A stretch of DNA of 64,000 nt from Ophelia neglecta (Eukaryota). How positions within the stretch are numbered: the stretch's first letter is position 1; each line of letters starts with the position of its first letter. Shown one piece after another: positions 14,251 through 23,679 of the stretch. A model generated the notes under the pieces. That model did no database searches and had not been told where the DNA came from. It saw nothing but the letters and a program-made list of their open reading frames with translations. Position numbers and translations under genes: made by a program. Location: contig OZ260662.1 of assembly GCA_965285935.1 (NCBI GenBank), positions 5,208,001 through 5,272,000 of the forward strand. Direction: 5' to 3'.

Positions 14251-14395
14251 GCACAGGCCTGGCTGTCAGCGTCTTGCCGACTGTACTGTACATGTGCTGC
14301 TCGCACGGGCCTGGCTGTCAGCGTCTTGCCGACTGCGTCATACGAGTAGGCGCGAGCGCTATAAAAGGCCTGCTCGAGCATGCTCGAGCCATTCC
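14251..14395 (+). promoter_or_regulatory. Pol II core promoter of RGS gene: TATA box, Inr, CRE half-site, duplicated 33-bp element
   Basis: TATAAAAG 14360-14367; CCATTCC Inr-like with A at 14391 (31 nt from TATA start); TGCGTCA 14334-14340; CpG-rich patch; 33-bp direct repeat 14251-14283/14303-14335. Confidence 0.65.
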
Positions 14396-14521
14396 GACTT
14401 ATTGCCACTATACATCATATAGCTGTTTTGATAGAACGTGACATACAGGTAAAGGCTATAGACTATTATACCCTGCAAAGGCATCTTGATATCAGCGGTA
14501 TTGCTGTCAGGCATTGACAAC

Positions 14522-17500
14522 ATGGGTTCTACGGAAGTCGTGAAACGCAGGTTTATCTTAAGGTACTGATATCTTTACTAATTTGTTTCGATTTTATTTC
14601 TTGTTGTGTTACTGAGATTGGTGTTTTGTGGGCCTTAGCAAAGGCAAATGCTTCAAATCTAAATAAGTTCGAAACGATGTTCTCAGCACTGTAAATTCAA
14701 CAGCTATTATTTATAACATATTCGTTATCCCCTGTTTCCTTTATCACAGAGCCAAAGACATGAAGGGTAAGTTTGGCTTTCTACGGCGACGCCACACAGA
14801 ACCTTCGCTGTCCGGTATGAACGGGAAGAAATGTCAGCCTTCCCTTGATACGGCACTCAGCTGGGGCAGGAGCTTCGACGCCCTTCTGAAAAATAAATGT
14901 AGGTGTTAATCTTGGATATCAACTATCTTTGTCCGTTTTAATTATTCACATTAATTTCAATGCGTTCCATCTAGAATAATTGGTAACCTCAATAAAGATA
15001 AGATAAATTCCTGGTGCACATCTGTCTTTAAACCACGACGCTAATAACAAGCATGCAAAAAGAAAACAATATTGAGGTAAAACATTTGGTGACATATAAG
15101 TTTAACTAATTGGTTATCCTGCGATAGTTCCAGTGTTTGAGTGGGGTCGGCTTTGTTAATTACGTTGAGTCTGCCAAATTTGAGAACTCGTATTTCCGGT
15201 CCAATTTGTGCTGATATTAGACTTTATCTGATAGCAGGGATGAGAGTCGTTTTCAAGAAACGCAACAAGCATCTTATTTGGATGGACACCGGTAAAGCAG
15301 AAATCTAATTACCTAGCAGAGTAACAATTATAGGAAATGCAGGATTGTTTCAAACAGGAAACATAAAATTAAGATTGCTGACAGAGAACGCAACAAACTT
15401 TGCATGCCGACTAAATGACGTAAGCGTAGAGTACAATTGAATATCGTCTCACACGGTGTTGGAAACATTCCATTTAGAAAGAAATGATCATTAATAATTA
15501 ATTCATTAATTTTGCTTTCAATACACACGGGAAGTGTAATTGAGTTTTCTTCCACGCAAAACTCGTGAGTCTTTCTTATCAACAGCCAACACGAATAGAC
15601 AAACAAAAGGCTGCCACGTAACTGATGGCTAAAAGCATATAACTGATGATCCGCGCGTAGGCCAAGGGTCCAATTGATTAAACTATACTGAAATTTATCT
15701 CGTAACTATTGATACTAAATATAGAACAACATATATAATATTATTCCAAAATCAGTTAAACGGAATATCGTATGACCCATTAAGGATGGCGAGATTTGAA
15801 TACATGTAGAACACTTACGACATAAGTTTTCAGGTTGATTAATAATTGCTAATGTCTGCTACTTTCAAATTATGATATTTCACATTTACCCAAACTGCTA
15901 AATATACTGCATCGACGCGAATTCTACGAAGGCTGGATAGATAGACAGGATATGGGCCCCTTAGCGACCGGGTTTTGGAACTGGTCTTAAGTTTAGTGAT
16001 TAGATTAGCCGATTAGGCCAAAAAAATATATATTATGTTTCCGGTCGCCCGACCCTACCTAGTAAAAGGTGCCCGGTCCTAAAATTTTTATGAGCATCTT
16101 AGAAAAAATTAACAATTCTCGCCAAAGTCAAAGAATTATCGTCCCTCGCCGTCCGCTAGAAATTTCATTCTCGCGACTTACTCCAGTTGTAGTTAAGAAA
16201 TAAAACCTGTTCAATTGCAGTTTTAACATTGTAGTTCTCAGAATTGGTGAAGTTAACCACATTTAATGATAAAATACTGAAAAAATTACACCCACACCGC
16301 GAGGATCATTACAAAAAAAAATTCCCAAAAAATACTTTTTCCTACCTACCTACCCTATTTTTTTGTACATGTAATAGGAAACATAATATTTTTTTTTTTT
16401 GGCCTTACCGGTTAGCTGAGACCACGTTAATCGGTGTTTCCATTGACCAGGATTAAGTTTAACTCTAAAATGGCTAGGTTTAAGACCAAATCCATTTTAC
16501 TCCTGACTTTAAAACATTGTCAAGTTAAGAGTTAAGACTGCTTCCAGAAATCAGGCCCTGGCTACTACTACCATCACTACTTCTCCAGATCACGATTAAT
16601 GCCAGAAAAGCGTCAGCGATGTGAATATGATTTAGATCACCATAAGTAAATAAAAATTATTAAAAATAGAGTAGTAATGGTTTAACAGAACAGTTCTATA
16701 AAATTTAAATGCGGATGGCTGTGTCTTTCGATTATCCTTAGAATGACGGTGGAAAACAAGTACATTTAGACACTAGTTATTGTTTAATTCTGAATATTGA
16801 CTATAAACAAGTACATTTAGACACCAGTTATTGTTTAATTCCGAATATTGACTATCTTTCTTGTTTATTTCAGTTGGCTTAGATTTATTCCTCGAGTTCT
16901 TAAAGACCGAGTTTAGCGAGGAGAATATCGAGTTCTGGATCGCCTGCGAAGAGTACAAGTCAGAGAAATCCAGCAAGTTGACGGGCCGAGCTCAGCAGAT
17001 TTATCAGGAATTTGTGGTCGTTCATGCTCCAAGAGAGGTAACACACATACGTATATACACGAATAGCTGTCATGCAGGTTAGACTCAATATATAGGTCGC
17101 AATCTCTCTATGATGAAGTATTATATAGTAATCATAGTCGGTCACGATTCTGGCTATTTGTGTCGAGCAATAATAGAGATCCGAGACGTTGTATTGAAGT
17201 ACACTAACCAGGATCTGAAAGTAGTCCCTGGGCCAGGCAGTAATCCCAGGGGCTGATGGGTGGTGTGAAATGACACACGTAAACAAAACGACAGGGCATC
17301 AATGGTGACATTTTACTACCATGTACGTCAGAGTTAATATAGGTCGGATTCCATCTGAAATATGAAACATGAGATATCAGGATCTGCCAAGATTCTGTCT
17401 TGTTTATGTCTAGTAATATGAGGCACCTGCAGGTTTAATATTGCAGCACAAGTAAATCTAACTAGGGCTTAAATGACGTCGGTTGACAGAAAGAGGTTTT

Positions 17501-18991
17501 CAACAAAACATCAAAATGGATGGCTAATGGTTTCCTCTAAGGGACTAGTCAGGTCACCTTCCCCCTTGTTAGACAGTGATACTCTATCCCCACGACACAA
17601 GACTATATATGGCAGCCAGTAACGTCAGTCTCAATATAGCTCGACTTCTCCTGAGAGGAAATATACTATCTGAGAATCATTCTGTCACAATTCTGGCTTG
17701 TTGGCGTCCGGTGGTATGAGGCGCCGGCAGGTGTCGCATTGCAGTATAAGTAGTACTACCTTAGTCACGAGTTGACTTTAAAAACTGTCAACAGAACACC
17801 CCGACAACTACGGTTTTACATTGAAGTTCGTCATACCAAGCAGCCAAACTGCCACTCTTATAGCATAAAATATAACTGTTCAATATAAATGTTCATTTAG
17901 AAAACTTTCAAAAATATACCTCCTACACAGGCCGCAACATAACTATCGCAGTACAGTCAAGCAACAAACCCCTAGGCCATTAGAGTTTTGCCATCTGACC
18001 CCGTACCGTACCAAAACGTGGCCGAGTGGTTAGGGCGTCCCCCACGCAAGTGGGAGATCGGTGTTCGAAGCTCGATCGCGTCAAACCTAAGACGTAAAAA
18101 TAGGTACTGATAGCTCCCCTGCCAGGCGCCGGGTATATCGGGGGTAGTATCAGGACTGGTCAACCCGGTGTCAGTGACTGGGAGGCGTTCCCTGTCTGGT
18201 GTCTACGACAGGTACTCCAGTGACCCGGTGTCAGTATAATGTGACTAGGTGGGGTTCCCTGTCTGGTGTCTATGGCAGCTTCTCCAGTGAGGCAGCACAC
18301 TGTCACAAGTAGGCACCTTGGTGATTTGACAATATAAGTGTTTAAAGCCACGTAAAACCCAAACAATAACAACAACCGTACCTCCCCCCCCCCCCCCGCG
18401 CACTCTATCCTTTACCTGATGATTCATGGGGACCTCTCTGCGGCTAATATTAATTTTCCCCTTGGCAGAGTGTGCGAAGTGATTCCCATGATATGAGATA
18501 ATTGTTATATGGAAATATGGCTGAATTTATTATAGAGCGTTCAAATATATTTGTTTACTGGCGAATATGTTATCATATAATTTGATCTATAGAAAAGGCT
18601 GTCTTTAAAAATTGAGCCACGAAGATTTCGAATCGCAAATATTTGGGTTTGTCACCTTTGGTATACAATATACCTTTGGAATTGATTTAGCATAAACTAT
18701 TCACTATTTCGATGAAATATATAATAGTATATTAATTTAGATTACATTTTTGCATTTTTACTTTTCAAACAAAGGCTTAACGATGTCTCCCTTCTTTGAC
18801 AGATAAATATTGACTCTAAAACGCGGGAGTTTACAGGCCACGCCATGGCCGCCCCGGACCGATCAACCTTCGAAGTGGCCCAGAAACGGATACAGGCCTT
18901 GATGGCCAAAGATTCCTACCCACGATTCCTCGGCGCCGAGGTCTACCAAGAACTTATAGGAGATAAAAGGATCGATTCTAAGACATCGTGA
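14522..18991 (+). CDS. Regulator of G-protein signalling, R4 family (RGS3 short form/RGS4-like), ~180 aa; exons 14522-14562, 14750-14898, 16874-17037, 18803-18991
   Basis: Spliced with canonical GT-AG and consistent phases (2,1,0): [29 protein letters not shown]...[42 protein letters not shown]...[13 protein letters not shown]...[18 protein letters not shown]...[11 protein letters not shown] and DSYPRFL are diagnostic RGS motifs. Exon 1 is less certain than exons 2-4. Confidence 0.92.
16016..16404. mobile_element. PIF/Harbinger-type MITE in RGS intron 2, nested in an older TIR element (~15965-16558)
   Basis: TTA|GGCCAAAAAAA...TATTATGTTTCC ... GGAAACATAATATTTTTTTTTTTTGGCC|TTA; 3-bp TTA TSD. 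Outer imperfect TIRs GACCGGGTTTTGGAACTGGTCTTAA / TTAAGACTGCTTCCAGAAATCAGGCC. Confidence 0.75.
16754..16855. repeat. 51-bp tandem duplication just upstream of the RGS exon 3 acceptor
   Basis: AAACAAGTACATTTAGACAC(T/C)AGTTATTGTTTAATT(CT/CC)GAATATTGACTAT x2. Confidence 0.9.
18015..18376 (+). mobile_element. tRNA-derived SINE (central domain resembles MetaSINE) in RGS intron 3
   Basis: A box TGGCCGAGTGG, B box GTTCGAAGC, core CAAACCTAAGACGTAAAAATAGGTAC...CCTGCCAGGCGC, internal duplication of ACCCGGTGTCAGT...CCCTGTCTGGTGTCTA, (AAC)n-like tail. Confidence 0.8.
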
Positions 18992-19697
18992 GTGTTTGTG
19001 TCTCAATTGCCACCATTGATCCACACCTTTCCCATGAGCGTGGAGGTGGGCAGTGATCAAGCTGTACACTTCCTACAGAAACACAGATGTATGCGAACAA
19101 GCTCAGAACTAAGGAAAAAATGGTGAAGCTGCATCAAATGAATTAAATATGTCTAAAAAATATTTAATATGTGACAAAGTCGGTTTGACAATAAAAAGCG
19201 CACGCGTATGGCCGCCACGATGGGCCAAGGCCAGTTTGACAAGACAACTGGACCGTGGAGATACTCTCGCCTCCAACGGGACCGGATCTGCTCTGGTAAA
19301 CGGGAGCTATTCCTCGTTGATCAAGATATGATCAGGCGTCTTTGATATATATCCACGTCAGAGGGCGCTTCACGTAGAGGGCGGCACATCCTACACTTGA
19401 CACTAAGACTTGCTGTCGTCTGCTGACATTGTATCACACTATTATGGCTGGCTTGTAATATGATATACCTTACGGTGAGCCCTATCTTGTATAAAATATA
19501 TATGTAAACCGAGACAATGAATACCGAGACACATATAACAGTGGCCGAATTCAATCTATGTTATAGTACAATAATTATGATAGGGTAAAGTCTGACAATA
19601 ACGGTGTGCGCGGAATAAGGCTAATTACTACTTGGAATTAAACGATACGCAATACTACTACTTAACCGTCTTATACTACTACCTAACCGTCTTATGA

Positions 19698-20404
19698 AGG
19701 GTCCCCAATGACTACAATATCAAACATAGTCAAAAAGTACAAGAAAAAAAATCTATTGATTTGTAAGTTTTTAAATGAAAAAGAAGAATCGTAAAAGAAG
19801 TTATATCTATCTTGTTTGCCTGCCAGCTGGCAGACGTAAGAGCAACCAGCAACATATTTCGCTGCTCCCGAGCAGCACATACAGTACACATAGAGTTACT
19901 TTGGGTCAGTACAAGGGTGTCCACCACATACAGCTCCATCTAGTGGTCTCTAGGAGAAGCCCAGATGGTAACCAGTACAAGGGTGTCCACCACATACAGC
20001 TCCATCTAGTGGTCTCTAGGAGAAGCCCTGATGGCAGCCACCCAAGAAGTTTATAGTCTGATCTGTTCTTATAAGGGTATTTTGCCAGCCAGCTGAAAGT
20101 GGCATCAGAACAGATATTCATCAGAACAGATCGCCGGCGACTCCTGTTGCATCGATCACTTTCAGAAGTCACTATTGTCGTGCGTCAATACTTTTCTCTA
20201 AATGAAGCTTAACTATTTATTTATCTGGATTTAGATGTGATAGCAAGATGGACGTTGATGACGCAAAAATCGGCCCTAAATCTGTAAATGAATCATGGAA
20301 TGGACCAGAAGTTTATAGGCCGACCTGTTCTTATGAGGCTATTGCCAGCCAGCTGGAATTGTCACCAGAACAGATATTCATCAAAACAGATCGTCAGGGA
20401 CCCC
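19698..20404 (+). mobile_element. Interspersed repeat with short GGGTCC/GGACCC ends and internal 66-bp tandem duplication; inverted copy at ~60410-60780
   Basis: 66-bp unit CAGTACAAGGGTGTCCACCACATACAGCTCC... x2 from 19907; 20045-20135 repeated at 20308-20404; reverse complement aligns with 60410-60780. Confidence 0.65.
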
Positions 20405-21424
20405 GATACGGTGGGGTTAGAGTAAAGGGGATGAGGAAGTATGACGACCATTTAAAAAAGAATAAAATGGGAATACTAATTCTAACACTAATTGTTATTT
20501 ATGCTTTGACAAGAATGGACGGTTTGCCGGACATGTTTACTATCTTTTTCAATGAGCAGGGACCTGCCTTCTAAAGCCTTTTTAAGTCACCGTTGCTTCC
20601 AATTATGATGGAAGTATGTTCTACCTATAATTTTATTATAGCCTACAATTGTCCACTGGCATATATATGTAGGATATGTCAGACTACTAGAATGAGTCTA
20701 GTAGAAACTTGGCATATATGGGGAATTTATATTATTAAATACATTGGACAATATACAAAAATCTATACCAAAACTACATGTTGTTCAACAGCCGGATGTT
20801 TGTCTATTTATTCCTACCTGTAAAAGCGAGTGCAGAAATTCAAAAATATAGCTCTCAAGGAATTTATCGGACACCTTGGTTCGGATTCTTCAGGTAGAAA
20901 CCCTGTCTATTTTTCTTTTTTCCAACTCTCGTGAAGAAGAAAAAGGAATAGATGTCTAGAAAAATTACAATACATACACTATTAATCAGTTTATTATAAG
21001 CAGGTAAAACATGGCGTTTACGAACGAGAATCGTAAATATATCGCCGTTTATTTTAAATATCTTAAAATATATAGTACACATTTTATGCAGATCGGAAAT
21101 GATTTGAATGTTTGCCATGGAGTCTAATAAATCCTAACATGTATAAATACATTTGAATGGCATTTCTTATTTATTATTAATTTCTATTGGGAAGATATTA
21201 GAAATGCTGCTGGCATATTAACACATGGGATTCACAAAGTAAATCTATTATTGCTTGCCATCATTTCTTCAGATAGTGCTAGGTCATCGGAACATTTTAG
21301 TTAAGACCCACGGCAAACACTAGCAGTGATCTGGCCGTAATTTAGCTGTAAAATAAGCAGTGAAACAAATAAGTTGACACAGATAAATATCACTGCAAAT
21401 ATGTCTACAGCTAGTGCTGTTATA

Positions 21425-21581
21425 CCCTTCGAAGCAAAGGCCAATGCTTATCGCATAGCTTCTCCGCATCACCCTCTGCCGAAAACGGAGGGAAATTTAG
21501 ATAAGGGAATTCCCTATTGACGGATTTCGGCAGAGTGCTACAGGCGAAGAGAACGGAGCTGTGTACTCTGCTACGAAGGGA
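21425..21581. mobile_element. Palindromic MITE with long target-site duplication (MULE-like?)
   Basis: TIR CCCTTCGAAGCAAAG / CTCTGCTACGAAGGG, inner IR CTCTGCCGAAA / TTTCGGCAGAG, central GGGAATTCCC; flanked by direct repeat AGTGCTGTTATA (21413-21424, 21582-21593). Confidence 0.7.
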
Positions 21582-22141
21582 AGTGCTGTTATAACACACC
21601 ACTTTTCCCAGAGTCTATACTGGGTGTTCTCCTAACTCTTGCTGGAATTTTTCGACTTCCAAATTTTCCCCTACTGGGGAGAATTTCCCTTCGGTGAGGA
21701 GAATTTCCCCTATAGGTCAATGGAATATCTCGTTCTGATGGTTAATATCTACTTTAAAGTAGAAATTCTACTATAATAGGTAGCACTTTTTCTATTCAAA
21801 GGAGCTTTTTCCCATTGACATATATCATTCGCAGCTTGTGATGTACAATAAAAGTCCTGTTAGAGATGGTCAATGATCAGTACAAAGGGCTAAGTCGTAA
21901 TAACGGTAGTCAGCGGTACCAAAATCTGGTCAGCGGTGAGAAAAAGTGTCACATCCTGCTGCTAAGAAATATTCTAAAAAATAGACTTTTTCTAAGACAA
22001 ATGGGCAATGAAAGCATAGAAACAAATTTATGATAATCGGTCTAAACATTCAAAGGGTTCGGATCGTATCAATAACTACATAAAAATTATAAGCCCGAAT
22101 AATCATGAAAAGACAGATCGACTTAATATATATGAGCCATG

Positions 22142-22449
22142 AAAGCACATTTTAAGCCAGAGTAGTACAAAAGCACACTTTAAGCCAGAGTATTACAAAA
22201 GCACACTTTAAGCCAGAGTAGTACAAAAGCACACTTTAAGCCAGAGTAGTACAAAAGCAGACTTTAAGCCAGAGTAGTACATAAGCACACTTTAAGCCAG
22301 AGTAGTACAAAAGCACACTTTAAGCCAGAGTAGTACAAAAGCACATTTTAAGCCAGAATAGTACAAAAGCACACTTTAAGCCAGAATAGTACAAAAGCAC
22401 ACTTTAAGCCAGAATAGTACAAAAGCACACTTTAAGCCAGAGTAGTACA
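22142..22449. repeat. 28-bp minisatellite, 11 copies (AAAGCACACTTTAAGCCAGAGTAGTACA)
   Basis: Head-to-tail repeats with no spacers; 308 bp = 11 x 28. Confidence 0.95.
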
Positions 22450-23679
22450 AATCAAACGATGTTTCCATGCGCCCAATGGTTATATCCAAATATATACTAC
22501 CTGAGCCAAATTACAAATTATTTCATCCATATTTAATCATTTTAGATTGTTGATTTCATTAATGATAACAAGTAATGTACGAAAGCACAAACATTTCAGT
22601 CGCCTGACGGGGGCCAACAGAAACCACTTTCCAATCCTCCTACAGAGATTTGCAATTGGCATAAGCCAGGCACGTGAGAATAATCTGCCTACAGGAAGGA
22701 AAAATGACACAGGTCGGCCTTTTCGCATCAATATGCGTTTTCACTGTGATTTTTATGAAGTTGTTTAGGTCTCAAATATATCATGGTTATATTTGGAACG
22801 TTTAATTTCTGCGTTCTTGTTACCATGGCAAGTCATTAAAAAAAATCGACATTCATTCAACCTGTTAGGTTTTTTCGATCTGTTGAGTGTGGATAATGAC
22901 AACGTAATACAGCACCTAGCTAGGTTTATTCATAATGCATTTAATTACAAGAAACAATAAACTGAAAATTGTATTACACACTGATTCATTTATGTATATT
23001 TTCAAAGCTAAGTTACCCGGCTCGTCTTGCGGATTTTGGATTTTACGGGCCAACCTTCAGTACGGTGCTGATTCTTGTGAAACTTGACTATTTTAACAAG
23101 TGTTAATTCATGAGACACAATTAGGAATCATCTTTTGAAAAATAATCATGCACCTTGCAGGGAGCACTCGAATAATAATTTTAGGTGAAATTGTTTTTTC
23201 CAAGAAAACATTTAGACAGTGAACTAGTTGAAAATTCATAAAAAAGAAATTTACAAGATTATTTAGAAATAGAGACCTAATTCCCAACATTACCATATAA
23301 CCACTTGTTACATTTTGTGGGAATGTGCAATATTCTCAATTTTGGTTTCATAAACTGAAGGAATGCCGTCTGGCTATACCTTAATTTGTAAGTGAGTCGA
23401 CTCTTCGTATGGTCATTATTATTGTACATTGCAGTATAGATTTGATAACTAGTACAAAGCTCCTAAAACCTTATGAGTGATAGGGATTATTATCAATATA
23501 AATCTGTTGCTTACACTAAACGAATGATTTATAGTTAGGGTTTTAAGTCACTAGGTCATTTGAGGCAAGTTATATATAAGCCTGTTTATATAGTTGATTA
23601 TTAGATGATAGTATAAGGAAGATTCCCTCACCAAGGAAGATCTTAAAACAAAGTGTCTTGAATAATTTCCCCAGTTGCC

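Noticed and set aside
14471-14521. RGS4-like MCKG N-terminus upstream of the RGS ATG
   Set aside because: In-frame CKG exists but has no ATG and a TAG lies at 14459-14461; probably chance.
18015-18090. Functional tRNA gene (also 54545-54600)
   Set aside because: A and B boxes are present but there is no proper cloverleaf or terminator; the first continues into a SINE body and tail.
22142-22449. CRISPR array
   Set aside because: Repeats are head-to-tail with no unique spacers, there are no cas genes, and the context is eukaryotic; the same applies to 53222-53706 and 27380-27770.
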